DNA from: a virus
Lineage: Duplodnaviria; Caudoviricetes
DNA: 64,000 nucleotides
IMG/VR virus record: IMGVR_UViG_3300037467_003067
Coordinates: 234,604 to 298,603 of that record
Reading direction: 5' to 3' (one strand)
This document shows, piece after piece, positions 28,633-38,782 of the stretch (position 1 is the first letter of the stretch; each line of letters starts with the position of its first letter). Below the pieces are notes generated by a model. It was not told the DNA's origin and did not search any database. It saw only the letters and a list, made by a program, of their open reading frames with translations. A program made the position numbers and the translations under genes.

Positions 28633-29265
28633 ATGAACCCTAAATTGGATATTTACCAGGTAAAATCAGAGGTCGAGTCCAAACTACGACAAGGCTACAT
28701 TACTAGCCGCGTTCTCTTAGGGCGTGCCAGATTCATCGAAGAGGGTTCGACCAAGACCTCTTCGTTCAATGACCCAGCCCATCTGCCTTTTTTTTATCAT
28801 TTTGCTACTTTGATCAAGCCGAAGACCGTGGTCGAGTCCGGCGTTGGTCTCGGCTTGCGAGCAGCTTGTTTGGCACAGGGGACGGAGATAACCCGATTCC
28901 TTGGACTCCAGGAGGTCCCGAATTCGAAGTATTATTCACCCCGCCTAGCAAAAGGGAACGTCGGCGACCATTGCAAAGGGAAAATTAATATCCATTCCGG
29001 CTTAATAACGGATTCTTCCTTCATAGATAGCCTGAACGCCATCGAGTGGGATCTCGCTCTTATTAGTGAGAAATTGCCTTATGAACGGCAGATGCTCCAC
29101 ATGGATTTGCTATGGTCGCGGGTCAAGTTGGGTGGGATGATGTTAATAGACAATCAGGAATCTCACGAGGCGAGCCAGAGAGCTTTCAAGGAATTTTGCA
29201 AAATTAAGAATCGAGACCCGGTAGTCATTAACACTCGGTATGGTGTAGGTGTCATCCAAAATTGA
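28633..29265 (+). CDS. Class I SAM-dependent methyltransferase-like protein
   Basis: PKTVVESGVGLG, WDLALI, VKLGGMMLID. Confidence 0.6.
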   Translation: MNPKLDIYQVKSEVESKLRQGYITSRVLLGRARFIEEGSTKTSSFNDPAHLPFFYHFATLIKPKTVVESGVGLGLRAACLAQGTEITRFLGLQEVPNSKYYSPRLAKGNVGDHCKGKINIHSGLITDSSFIDSLNAIEWDLALISEKLPYERQMLHMDLLWSRVKLGGMMLIDNQESHEASQRAFKEFCKIKNRDPVVINTRYGVGVIQN

Positions 29266-29282
29266 ACAAGAAAGTAGGGAAA

Positions 29283-30056
29283 TTGGGTTACGAAATTTGC
29301 TATTCATATCACGAACGTCTTGAGGATGGAAGCTACGACAAGGAGACGGTCAAGACGATGAAGCGTCGTCTTGGCAAAGCCGAAGAAGAGGTCACGCCGG
29401 ACAAGTTGGCGGGGACGATCATGGCACAGCTTGCTCGCCGCGATATCTGGGTCTTAGACGTGGAAGTCTATGAATTTACCAAGAAAAAACTGAGCTTCAA
29501 GGAAACCAAGGGTGGTCTCGTCATCGGCGGCAAGAAGTACCTGCTCGACGAGTGCGGACATCTTGCGGTTCAGGAAGTCCCCGAAGCGGTGCCGCAACCG
29601 GTCGTCCATCAGCAATTGCCGGTGTCGCACAGCCTCCATCCGTTCAAGCCTTCATTCCAGAGCCGGGTTCCCCAGCAGATGGTCGAGGAAATGGTCAAGG
29701 CGAGTGGCGGCACGGTAAATGTCGCGGACATGCACCTTCTCAAGAAGAAGCCGATGCGGTATGAGATATTCCAGCCCGACCCGGCGTTTGTCGATATGGT
29801 CAAGGCACGGACCTTGGCGTTTACCGTGGGCGAGAAGTATCCGATTTACGCGGAGAAGTCGGCAGGCAGTGACCACCGTCTTGGGATGAATTACACGACG
29901 GTTGACAACAACGGACAGAAGCAGGTCCTTAACGACAAGCATTTCGTCCCGACGACCAGCCTCATCGGGGGATTCGACGAGGAATCCAGGCAGGATATTG
30001 CTCTGGATTACGGGGACACGGGCGGATTTGGGGCGAATATGCCGAAGTTGAGGTGA
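29283..30056 (+). CDS. Hypothetical protein
   Basis: Long ORF; TTG start MGYEICY. Confidence 0.75.
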   Translation: MGYEICYSYHERLEDGSYDKETVKTMKRRLGKAEEEVTPDKLAGTIMAQLARRDIWVLDVEVYEFTKKKLSFKETKGGLVIGGKKYLLDECGHLAVQEVPEAVPQPVVHQQLPVSHSLHPFKPSFQSRVPQQMVEEMVKASGGTVNVADMHLLKKKPMRYEIFQPDPAFVDMVKARTLAFTVGEKYPIYAEKSAGSDHRLGMNYTTVDNNGQKQVLNDKHFVPTTSLIGGFDEESRQDIALDYGDTGGFGANMPKLR

Positions 30057-30268
30057 TAGTTGTGGGCAAGACAGATGTTTATTGTCCTTCATGCGATGAA
30101 ATGTTTGAAGCGAAGGAGTGGGAAGTCGGTGCGTGTCCGTTCTGTTCTCGGGGCTATTCCTGGGATGAGGCATGTACCGATGATTATTCTGATTGCTGGA
30201 CAGTCGTTGAGTGGGACGAAGTAAAAACGGAGATTGATAGTGAGAAAATCAGATCAGAAGAAGCGTGA
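30053..30268 (+). CDS. Small zinc-ribbon protein
   Basis: CPSC...CPFC. Confidence 0.6.
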   Translation: MIVVGKTDVYCPSCDEMFEAKEWEVGACPFCSRGYSWDEACTDDYSDCWTVVEWDEVKTEIDSEKIRSEEA

Positions 30269-30662
30269 TCGCAAGGTCAAGAATGCAGAGAAGCAACACA
30301 AGCACCAAGCTCAGGTCCGAAGTGCCCTGATCCGTAGGGATGCCAAGCAGCGACATTATTACGACAAGATGGTGAACCGGGTTCGGAGGGAAGCAGCCAC
30401 GGAGACGGAGGACGAGGCGATCAAGAAGCAACTGGCTCACAACCTGGAGATTCTTGAAGCTCTTGAGAAAGAATATGATCAGGAGCAGGAAGCTAAGAAG
30501 AAGTTGAATGTTGATCTCGAAGGGCAGGGATTCAGCACCCTGGAAGAGAAGATGGAGTATCTCCAGCAGATCGCGGTGGATGAGCAGAAGCTAGAAGCCA
30601 TGGGCGTCGGCGGCTCGGCTGACGTGGAACTTCGGGTAAATACTGAAGAGAATGCTTCTTGA
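30240..30662 (+). CDS. Coiled-coil hypothetical protein
   Basis: Basic N-terminus, acidic C-terminus. Confidence 0.7.
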   Translation: MRKSDQKKRDRKVKNAEKQHKHQAQVRSALIRRDAKQRHYYDKMVNRVRREAATETEDEAIKKQLAHNLEILEALEKEYDQEQEAKKKLNVDLEGQGFSTLEEKMEYLQQIAVDEQKLEAMGVGGSADVELRVNTEENAS

Positions 30663-30711
30663 TTTGCTTCTTTGTAATTTCTAGAAAATGTCAGAAAATT
30701 GATTAAAGTTC

Positions 30712-30740
30712 TTGCAATAACTTCCGATATCTGATATAGT
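30712..30740 (+). promoter_or_regulatory. sigma70-type promoter of the SSB gene
   Basis: TTGCAA-N17-TATAGT with extended -10 TG. Confidence 0.7.
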
Positions 30741-30854
30741 GGGTCTTGTTAAATGGTGGTTGTGCAAATCCTTCATTGGTTAGTGGAGGAGAAAGCACAG
30801 AGGAATCAATAAGACCTTTTAACTAAGTAAAACTAAGTAAAACGGAGAAAGCTA

Positions 30855-32012
30855 ATGGGACTTAACCTTGCTGAGTTGATGGAAGATGCTGACGGTGGTT
30901 CGCAGAACACTAATTCGGTTGCCACCGGGAGTTTCTTGGATAATTTCGTTCTGATGCCCCAAGGAGAGGGGTTCGTGACTGTCCGGATTCTGCCACCGGG
31001 CAATGACCTGCCGATGATGGCTGGTGGGCTTTGTATGTTCACTCGGGTCCATTCGATCAATGGACGCAAGGTCCATTGCCCCCGCGAGAAGTCGCGAGGT
31101 CGGAATGGCAAGACCTATTTCAACGGCGATTGCCGCATTTGCGACCATTACAACTGGCTCTATCGCCAGGCTGACGAAGCGAAGGCTCGTGCTGAGGAAG
31201 CCAAGACGTCGGCTGACGCTGCCAAGAAGCGGGGCGAGGACGCCTCGGTTTACGAGGCGAGATACCACGAAGCCAAGGCGAAGCAGGCTGGCTTTGTCCG
31301 CGAAGCCCGCGACATCAAGCCGGTCGAGCGGATCTACCTGAACGCGATCGTTCGCAAGATTGTCAAGGATGGAGTCACCACGACCAATGTTGGTCCCAAG
31401 ATTCTGTCGATTGGCAAGACCCTCTGGGAGCAGATCCGTGCGGCGATCCTTGGTGACGAGAAGTTCGGACGAGCGGCGTTGGGCGATGTGACCCATCCGA
31501 CCACCGGACGCGACTTCACGATCGTCAAGGAGATCAAGAAGTCGGAAGAGGGTGACTTCCCCAACTACGACAAGAGCTATTTCTCCGAGCCGAGTGCATT
31601 GGGCAACCCCGACCAGGTGAAGGAGTGGATGGCTAATCTCCATGACCTGGCTGCCTTGCGGGTTCTCAAGACTTCGGAAGAGATCGAGGCTGAGGTTCGC
31701 GAGTACGTGACCGGCGAAAGCCCCCGAAAGGTCCCCACCTACGATCCTTCGATGTTGACTAACGAGCATTCGGTTCCTGCCGAAGGTTCTGTGCCGCCTC
31801 TTGATCCGGTTTCCGTGAACGATGAAGTCAGTACGATTATCCCGGTTGAGTTCTCCTCTATCGCATCTCGACCGTCTTGGATGTCGAACGCTGAACCTGT
31901 TAATAGTACCTCGACAGGAACAACTGAACCCTTCAACGAGATTGAGTCAGATCCGGTTCCCAATGTAGCGATGGACAATGATGCATTCTTTGCTACTCTG
32001 CAGAACATGTAA
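30855..32012 (+). CDS. Single-stranded DNA-binding protein, T4 gp32-like
   Basis: VRILPP, H..N....HCP...CRIC (Zn), GPKIL..GK, GRDF.IVK, FPNYDKSYF, acidic tail ending DAFF. Confidence 0.85.
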   Translation: MGLNLAELMEDADGGSQNTNSVATGSFLDNFVLMPQGEGFVTVRILPPGNDLPMMAGGLCMFTRVHSINGRKVHCPREKSRGRNGKTYFNGDCRICDHYNWLYRQADEAKARAEEAKTSADAAKKRGEDASVYEARYHEAKAKQAGFVREARDIKPVERIYLNAIVRKIVKDGVTTTNVGPKILSIGKTLWEQIRAAILGDEKFGRAALGDVTHPTTGRDFTIVKEIKKSEEGDFPNYDKSYFSEPSALGNPDQVKEWMANLHDLAALRVLKTSEEIEAEVREYVTGESPRKVPTYDPSMLTNEHSVPAEGSVPPLDPVSVNDEVSTIIPVEFSSIASRPSWMSNAEPVNSTSTGTTEPFNEIESDPVPNVAMDNDAFFATLQNM

Positions 32013-32019
32013 TCTTTGA

Positions 32020-32051
32020 GAAAAGCCCGGCATTGATTTGCCGGGCTTTTC
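32020..32051 (+). terminator. Hairpin terminator
   Basis: GAAAAGCCCGGCA-N6-TGCCGGGCTTTTC. Confidence 0.65.
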
Positions 32052-32189
32052 CATGCGCCTCAACGGGCGTTTGGAGTGGTCCTATCTCAGGTCAAAAGCG
32101 GGATTACGGAATATCCTTATGTGTTTTTTACAAACATTCTTCTGGCATAGGAGTCGCTCCATTTACCTTTGTATATTACAGACAGGCAA

Positions 32190-33389
32190 ATGGCTAAGAA
32201 AAATAAGGAAAAGAGAGAGAGCAGTCAGCTAGACATTTTCCAGGCGTTGGCAGAGCAGACGAACGGCGAGTTGCTGGGGCAGATGAAGGCAGCCAAGTAT
32301 TTCATCGACACGGGCAACCTCGCGTTCAACTTCATCGCTAGCGGCAAGTTCATCAATGGCGGTCTCCCCGGTGGTCGTATTTCTGAGTTTTATGGTCCGA
32401 GTTCATCGGCGAAGTCGCTCTGGGCGACCAATCTTCTTTTCGGTTGCCAGAAGCTCGGCGGCTACGCGATCCTGCTGGATTGCGAGAATGCTTCCAACCC
32501 CGAGTGGATCAGGAAGGCGTCCCACCTCGATGTCGACCGCGTGGTCCGGTACACTCCAAAGACCCTTGAGGAAGCGTTCCTCAAGATGTACAACGTGATC
32601 AAGGTCATTCGTAGTCGGGATACCGAAGTTCCCATCATGATTGTGTACGATTCGATCACGGTATCGCCCACGGCTCGCGAACTCCGTGAAATTGACCTTC
32701 CCGAGAATTACACGGAAGCCGAGTTCAAGCGGATCGTGCAGCGACACGAGCAGCCAGGCGAACGTGCCAAGGTCATCAGCACTGAACTCCGCAAACTGAA
32801 CGGGCTGATGGAGGAGATGGATGCCACGATCTTGATCGTGAACCAGGTCCGAGATAAGATCGGGGTTTCGTATGGATCACCTGAGACGGTCTCTGGCGGT
32901 CGGGCGTTGGAGTTCTACTGCTCCCAGCGGTTCCGCACGAGTTCCCATGCGACCATCAAGAATCCCAAGCTGAACAACATGATCACGGGCGTCAATGTCA
33001 AGATCACGAACAAGAAGAACCGCTTCTTCCGTCCCCATGCGTGGGCTGAGGGCGTCCAACTGCTGTTCGATCGCGGCATCAATCCCCTGAGCGGTCTTCT
33101 CGATGTCCTGATCCAGGCTGAGCGAATCGAGGCGAAGAGCAGCGGCAATTACGTCGTCCTTCCTGATTATCTCCCCGAAGGGAAGGAGAGCTACGGCTTC
33201 AAGGGTTCCAAGGCTCGCGGCGATGTTCCTCGGGCTTTGGTCTTGGATTGTCCCCGGTTGATCGACGCTGAGAGTCGCGAGGAAGTTGAGGATTACCTGT
33301 CGCCTTACGCCGACTTTGAGCAACTCCAGGAAGAGGGGTCGATCATGGAAGAGGCGATCACCAATGGATTGAACGAAGAGGAACTTTGA
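32190..33389 (+). CDS. recA: RecA/UvsX recombinase
   Basis: IDTGN, GLPGGRISEFYGPSSSAKS, LDCEN, IVYDS, VNQVRDKIG, GGRALEFY. Confidence 0.9.
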   Translation: MAKKNKEKRESSQLDIFQALAEQTNGELLGQMKAAKYFIDTGNLAFNFIASGKFINGGLPGGRISEFYGPSSSAKSLWATNLLFGCQKLGGYAILLDCENASNPEWIRKASHLDVDRVVRYTPKTLEEAFLKMYNVIKVIRSRDTEVPIMIVYDSITVSPTARELREIDLPENYTEAEFKRIVQRHEQPGERAKVISTELRKLNGLMEEMDATILIVNQVRDKIGVSYGSPETVSGGRALEFYCSQRFRTSSHATIKNPKLNNMITGVNVKITNKKNRFFRPHAWAEGVQLLFDRGINPLSGLLDVLIQAERIEAKSSGNYVVLPDYLPEGKESYGFKGSKARGDVPRALVLDCPRLIDAESREEVEDYLSPYADFEQLQEEGSIMEEAITNGLNEEEL

Positions 33390-33401
33390 GATAGTTGAAA
33401 C

Positions 33402-33449
33402 AAAAATCCCGTTCAAGATCGATTCGAATCGATCTTGAACGGGATTTTT
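33402..33449. terminator. Perfect 48-bp palindrome, bidirectional terminator between convergent genes
   Basis: AAAAATCCCGTTCAAGATCGATTC|GAATCGATCTTGAACGGGATTTTT. Confidence 0.75.
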
Positions 33450-33467
33450 TGGTGTCTAAAATTGGCG

Positions 33468-34142
33468 TCACGGGTTGAGATTTTCCATGATGACTGCCAT
33501 GGGCGTGGTCGTTACCACATCCGGAACCTCGACTGCCTCAACGTTGACCTCGGCAGGTGCGTCGAAATCGGCGTGGAATGGATTGAAATCAGTAAATTGG
33601 ACCTGAAGTTGGTACCGACCCAATCCAATGCGTTCGGTCGTATTGCCTTGCTCTTGGAGTTTGGAACGGACCGTGGAGATTTGAGCGCTGATCGAGGTGC
33701 GAGGTAGGTCATCGAATTCCTGGCACAATTCGTTCAAGGACACGACCGAATAGGAGAGGAAGAGGGACCGAATTCGTTGTCGCGCCTGCTTCTTGCGTTC
33801 CCTGATCATGTCGGGCGTCATGACCGGCTTGACCGGGATAACGACCTTATGTTCGATCGGCTCGCTATCCCCCAGCGGGACGACACGCCCCAGATCGGTA
33901 TATTTAGCAGAAACGCGGTAGTTGGCATCACACAGGGCACTCGGCAGAGACGCCAGGTCCAAGACACAGTTTGTGTTGTTGCCGATGTTAATGCGATGAA
34001 TTTCGGCGTCAAATGTTTTTGCGAATTCGATTAGCTGTAGGAGATTTTCTTGTGGGACGATATACTCTTTGCTGTCCTTCATACGTAGCAGTAGGGCGAC
34101 ACGAGAGCCAGAGGATTTAGCCTTGAGAATTTTGGCAGGCAT
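33468..34142 (-). CDS. Hypothetical protein, possible C-terminal winged HTH
   Basis: VSLNELCQEF...SISAQISTVRSKL...RIGLGRYQL. Confidence 0.6.
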   Translation of the reverse strand: MPAKILKAKSSGSRVALLLRMKDSKEYIVPQENLLQLIEFAKTFDAEIHRINIGNNTNCVLDLASLPSALCDANYRVSAKYTDLGRVVPLGDSEPIEHKVVIPVKPVMTPDMIRERKKQARQRIRSLFLSYSVVSLNELCQEFDDLPRTSISAQISTVRSKLQEQGNTTERIGLGRYQLQVQFTDFNPFHADFDAPAEVNVEAVEVPDVVTTTPMAVIMENLNP

Positions 34143-34307
34143 TAATCGGTTTCCTTATTTTTAGCGGTTAAATTTGGGATTACGATAACGATCTTGAATC
34201 GACCTCTTTTGGCGACTTCATTGAGTACCAATATAACACAATTCGGCTTGACGTTAAAGACGAATATGCTAAGATGGTTGTCTGATCGGGACAGGTCGAA
34301 TTAGGTA

Positions 34308-35378
34308 ATGCGAGGAGTCTATTTCATGGATGATACGAGCGTCGGCAGACCTCTTAGCTGGACTACGGATCGCCGTTTCGGCGTCGAGTTGGAACTGAAC
34401 GCATTCGACGGGAGGAATCGCCCCGAGAAGAAGGAGGAACTGCCCAAGGGCATCGACGTGGTTGGCGACTTGGTAGGGTCGGCGTTGAAGACATCGGTCT
34501 CGGTCCGGTCATGGGAACACACTCACAACAACGATAATTGGGTCATCAAGCCTGATTCGAGTTGCGGCATGGAAGTCTGTTCGCCGGTCCTCAAGGGTTG
34601 GCTCGGGCTGAGCCAGGTGGTCAAGTGCGGCGAGGTGTTCCTCAAGCACGACCAGGTGCAGTCGGACGGGCGATGCTCGCTACACGTTCACGTCAATGTT
34701 GCGGATTGTTCAGTGGTAGAGGTAGCCAGCATCGTAACGCACTGGATCAAGAGTGAAGCGGTGTTTATGGACTCGGTCCCGGCGAACCGCAAGCGGAGTC
34801 GTTACTGCCAAATCGTCGGCATGTGCGATATGTTTGACACCAAGGAATTTCCTGATCCTAAGGAGATTCTGAGCCGCATGGGGCAGTCGAAGTATTTCAC
34901 TCTGAATAACCTCCATTATTCCCGCGACCGAAGAAAGACCATCGAATTCCGGATCGCCGAGAATGCTGCCTGTACCGATCCCGTGTTTATCAAGAATTGG
35001 GTCCGACTAGTGGTCCACTTCTGCGACATGGCGAAGCAGCTTCCGCTCCCCGGTAAGTATGCTGCTGGCGATCCCTGGACCTCGTTCTGCTGGCTTGACC
35101 CGGTTGATGTCTTCGGCATGCTGGGATTCCTTCCGGGGCAATATGATCTATCTCCAGGATTGAAACAGGTCCGGGATTGGTTCATGGCTCGGATGATGGT
35201 CAATATGAAGGGGACGGGGTTAAACGGGGTCTTCTCCGATATTGGTCGCAGTTATTCGTGGGAAGAACTCCAGCGAATCGCCAAGGCAGCCAACTTCGAG
35301 ACTCCACTGGAGCGACACCTGCACGGGGCGGGCGAAGACCTGGAGCATTGGCTGTACAACAAGGAGTTGAGAACCTAA
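34308..35378 (+). CDS. Putative amidoligase (COOH-NH2 ligase family)
   Basis: RFGVELE, W.IKPDSS, MEVCSPVL, CSLHVHVN, KY..LN, TIEFR. Confidence 0.88.
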   Translation: MRGVYFMDDTSVGRPLSWTTDRRFGVELELNAFDGRNRPEKKEELPKGIDVVGDLVGSALKTSVSVRSWEHTHNNDNWVIKPDSSCGMEVCSPVLKGWLGLSQVVKCGEVFLKHDQVQSDGRCSLHVHVNVADCSVVEVASIVTHWIKSEAVFMDSVPANRKRSRYCQIVGMCDMFDTKEFPDPKEILSRMGQSKYFTLNNLHYSRDRRKTIEFRIAENAACTDPVFIKNWVRLVVHFCDMAKQLPLPGKYAAGDPWTSFCWLDPVDVFGMLGFLPGQYDLSPGLKQVRDWFMARMMVNMKGTGLNGVFSDIGRSYSWEELQRIAKAANFETPLERHLHGAGEDLEHWLYNKELRT

Positions 35379-35400
35379 AGAAAGACGCTCGTTTAAGATT

Positions 35401-35850
35401 ATGACTAAATTAGATAAGACCGTTTTCGATATGAGGAACTTGGGTGACCTGCTTGCTGAATTCGACTTTCCGCAAGTCCAGGGCGGGGCTGAGGACGATA
35501 TTTCGCCGCTAAAAGCGAGGGATATCGTCGTGGACGGCTACGAGGTCGCCATCTACTACAGCAAGTCGATCCTTTCCGACGACAGGGCAGTCGAGTGCCT
35601 TCAATGCCTTGGGCAGAGAAGTCCATTCCTGCCCTTTCACGTCGTGGTCAAGATCGCCAAGGAATTCTTGGGAGACAAGTATCTTGGCTTTGTCGATGTC
35701 TTCATTAATAACAAGAAAGTCTATTGCTGGATCGTCCACACCGACGGCAACGGCAAGCCGGTGGACAACGACCATTTCGTGGTCCGAGAGATCGAGTTCG
35801 AAGGGACCAGGATCGGTTATCTCGACCCGGAAGTGGTTAGGTTTTTCTGA
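35401..35850 (+). CDS. Hypothetical protein
   Basis: 149-aa ORF. Confidence 0.7.
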   Translation: MTKLDKTVFDMRNLGDLLAEFDFPQVQGGAEDDISPLKARDIVVDGYEVAIYYSKSILSDDRAVECLQCLGQRSPFLPFHVVVKIAKEFLGDKYLGFVDVFINNKKVYCWIVHTDGNGKPVDNDHFVVREIEFEGTRIGYLDPEVVRFF

Positions 35851-35946
35851 TCTCTCTCGCGGCAGCGTCCCGTAGATTGTATTTGCCTCCTCATATATAC
35901 ATCGGATGGTGATTTCGCCACCCGACACGTATACGAGGACCAAAAG

Positions 35947-36249
35947 ATGACAAAACAAGCCAAGATTCAATCGTTGATCATCAAGCACCTCAAGGACCAT
36001 GGGACGTTGGACCTCCTCCTCCCAGACGGAATTATGCTTGAAATTGGTATTACCCAATTGAACAAAAAAGGCGACCTTGTAAAGAGCGACGATTATTGCT
36101 ATGTCAGTGCCTCTAGGGAAGACAAGAAGACGTTGTTGGATTCCTACAATCTGGGCTTGTCCTTTGGCGACGATGAGGACGCTATCGTGTTCGAAGAAAA
36201 AGGACACGACGAATATGGTCAGCCCATTCGCCGTGTCGATGTAATCTGA
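35947..36249 (+). CDS. Hypothetical protein
   Basis: GAGGA RBS; CATATATA upstream. Confidence 0.7.
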   Translation: MTKQAKIQSLIIKHLKDHGTLDLLLPDGIMLEIGITQLNKKGDLVKSDDYCYVSASREDKKTLLDSYNLGLSFGDDEDAIVFEEKGHDEYGQPIRRVDVI

Positions 36250-36296
36250 AGCACTCCTCGACAAACGGCATTGGTCATAAAACCTGAAAATAGGTC

Positions 36297-36325
36297 TTGA
36301 CGTCCAGTGCCGTTTGTGATATTAT
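36297..36325 (+). promoter_or_regulatory. sigma70-type promoter
   Basis: TTGACG-N17-TATTAT with extended -10 TG. Confidence 0.65.
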
Positions 36326-36375
36326 TGTTTTCACTTAACCCGCCGTGGGTTATGAATAAATAAAAGTTTGAATTA

Positions 36376-36648
36376 GTGACGGATAAGGAAGTCCTAGCTA
36401 TGAAAAAAGACGTAATCCTTAAAGAGTTCGTTCGTTCCCTTTCCGATGACGATATCCGCTTCGTCTGCTTCCGCCTGTCAGAGAAGAAGTCCGGCGACCT
36501 TGGCGAAGTCGTGGAATTCATCCAGCAAGACCCCGAGATCGACCGGGTCCTGGCATCGGCTAAGGATTCCACCGAACTCTACGACTTAATAGATGAAATC
36601 TACGACCAACTCGATCGCGAGTGGAAACGCCGGGTCATGCCTCGCTAA
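36376..36648 (+). CDS. Hypothetical protein
   Basis: 90-aa helical ORF. Confidence 0.65.
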   Translation: MTDKEVLAMKKDVILKEFVRSLSDDDIRFVCFRLSEKKSGDLGEVVEFIQQDPEIDRVLASAKDSTELYDLIDEIYDQLDREWKRRVMPR

Positions 36649-36712
36649 ATATTTGCTTGTGAAATAATTAACTAATTAATTTAAACTATGCTGCTGGCTA
36701 AAGGGATGTGAA

Positions 36713-38782
36713 GTGGCTGAAGTAATAAAGATAAAAGACACGCAAGACCTAGTCCCGACCCGACTCTTCCCCTGTGCTACCTTCCCTTTCGAGCATTTCA
36801 ATCCTGTCCAGAGCAAGGTGTTCGACATCTATGACCGCGATGCAAATTTCTGCATCGCGGCGTCCACCGCTGCGGGCAAGACCTGCATGGCGGAAATGAT
36901 CCTTTCCCACTCGATCCGCAACGGTCACGGGAAGGGCGTTTACCTTGCGCCCCTCAAGGCACTGGCACAGGAGAAGATCGACGATTGGACCGATCCCGAG
37001 CACCATTTCGGCGATTTGAAGCTCAGTATTTGTACGGGCGATTACATCCTTACCAAGGCACGTCAGAAGGAATTGGCTGATGCCGACCTGATCCTGATGA
37101 CCTCGGAAATGTGCGCGTCCCGAGTCCGCAACGCCAAGTCGGAAAAGAGCGAGTTCCTCAAGCAGATCGCCTGCGTGGTCGTGGATGAGAGCCACCTGCT
37201 CACCGTCCCCGGTCGTGGCGACCACCTTGAGGTTGCCCTGATGAAGTTGACCCTGATCAATCCCAACATCCGGATATGTTTCCTCTCTGCGACCATGCCG
37301 AACGTGGACGAGATTTGCGGATGGATGTCGCGACTCAACGGCAAGAACACCTACTTGCTCGAATCGACCTATCGTCCGACCAAGTTGAACATCCATTACG
37401 AGTCCTATTTCGACGGGTCGAGGGACTACGACGACACCGAGGGCGAGAAGATCGCGACCGCCATTCAGATCGTCAACCATTACAAGGACGACAAGTTCCT
37501 CATCTTCGTCCACACCAAGCGGACCGGCGAGTTGATGAAGATGGCTCTGGCGAAATACGGGATTCAATCCGAGTTTCACAACGCCAACCTGACCAAAGAC
37601 AAGCGGGTCGATCTTGAGAAGAAATTCAAGGATGCTGGGGGGCTTCGCGTTATCGTTGCCACCAGCACATTGGCTTGGGGGTGTAACACCCCGGCACGCC
37701 GGGTGGTGGTTCTGGGCGTCCATCGCGGCATGAGCGAGGTCGCAACCTACGATATCTTCCAGGAGATCGGTCGTGCCGGTCGTCCCAAGTATGACCCTGC
37801 TGGCGATGCCTATATCCTGCTCCCGGAAAGTAAGTTCAACTACCAGAAGCAAAGACTTCAGACCCCCGACCGCATCAATTCCCAATTGCTGGAATACGTC
37901 GGCGGCAAGGATGAGGACGGTAACGAGGATGAAACCAGGAGAAACTACAAGACCCTGGCGTTCCACCTGGTCAGCGAGATACACCAGAGGAACATCAAGA
38001 CCCACAGGGACTTCCACGAGTGGTATTCCCGTACGCTGGCACACCACCAGAATCAGTGGTTCGACAGCGACATCGTTGACAACGTTATCGACCTCTTGAT
38101 GAGGTGTGGTGCGATCAAGGAAGAGGGCGGCGAGTTCAAGGTGACTTCGGTCGGCACGATCGCCAGCATGTTCTATTTTTCTCCCTTCGATGTCGCCGAT
38201 TACAAGAGGAATTTCACGAGGTTGTTCGAGAAGCGATACGATACCAATGACATTGCGGTGGCTGTGGCGTTGGGCAATATCGATAGTAGCCGGTTCGGAA
38301 TCGTCAGTAAGTTGGAACGAGAGGAGATGGGTTCGTTCACCTCCAAGGTCCAGCAACTCTTCGGAATCTATGCGGTCTCGGAGCCAGCAATTAAGACCGC
38401 ATTCGCCTACTGGAATCTCATGAATGGTAGGTCGAATGCCGCGTTCAACGGGCAGATGCGGGGACTCCAGTTTGACTTTCCCCGAGTCGCTCAGGTGATT
38501 CAGGCGATTGACCAGATGGGGTCAAAATGGGGACGTGCCGAGTGGCTCAGGCAACTCAAGATGCGGGTCCAGTATGGGGTCAAGCCCGAATTGGTTTTCC
38601 TCTGTCAGTTGCCGAATATCGGGGCTGTGAGAGCGCAAAGACTGTGGGACAACAAGATACGCACCCTGGCTGAAGTCGCCACCAACCCTGCAAAGGTTAA
38701 AAAATTGACCAACTTGGGACAAGATAAGATAGACGAGATTATTGCCGAAGCGAAGTCTCTTAGAATGAAAGAGGAATTATAA
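36713..38782 (+). CDS. Ski2/Hel308-like SF2 helicase
   Basis: FNPVQ, ASTAAGKT, APLKALAQEK, VVDESH, LSATMPN, ATSTLAWG.N.PAR, QEIGRAGRP.YD, C-terminal HhH. Confidence 0.9.
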   Translation: MAEVIKIKDTQDLVPTRLFPCATFPFEHFNPVQSKVFDIYDRDANFCIAASTAAGKTCMAEMILSHSIRNGHGKGVYLAPLKALAQEKIDDWTDPEHHFGDLKLSICTGDYILTKARQKELADADLILMTSEMCASRVRNAKSEKSEFLKQIACVVVDESHLLTVPGRGDHLEVALMKLTLINPNIRICFLSATMPNVDEICGWMSRLNGKNTYLLESTYRPTKLNIHYESYFDGSRDYDDTEGEKIATAIQIVNHYKDDKFLIFVHTKRTGELMKMALAKYGIQSEFHNANLTKDKRVDLEKKFKDAGGLRVIVATSTLAWGCNTPARRVVVLGVHRGMSEVATYDIFQEIGRAGRPKYDPAGDAYILLPESKFNYQKQRLQTPDRINSQLLEYVGGKDEDGNEDETRRNYKTLAFHLVSEIHQRNIKTHRDFHEWYSRTLAHHQNQWFDSDIVDNVIDLLMRCGAIKEEGGEFKVTSVGTIASMFYFSPFDVADYKRNFTRLFEKRYDTNDIAVAVALGNIDSSRFGIVSKLEREEMGSFTSKVQQLFGIYAVSEPAIKTAFAYWNLMNGRSNAAFNGQMRGLQFDFPRVAQVIQAIDQMGSKWGRAEWLRQLKMRVQYGVKPELVFLCQLPNIGAVRAQRLWDNKIRTLAEVATNPAKVKKLTNLGQDKIDEIIAEAKSLRMKEEL

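Noticed and set aside
28458-28643. 61-aa ORF between hsp20 and the methyltransferase-like gene
   Set aside because: Possible coupled small gene but no motif support; left uncalled
32038-32232. 64-aa ORF upstream of recA
   Set aside because: Starts inside a terminator hairpin, lacks an RBS and overlaps recA out of frame
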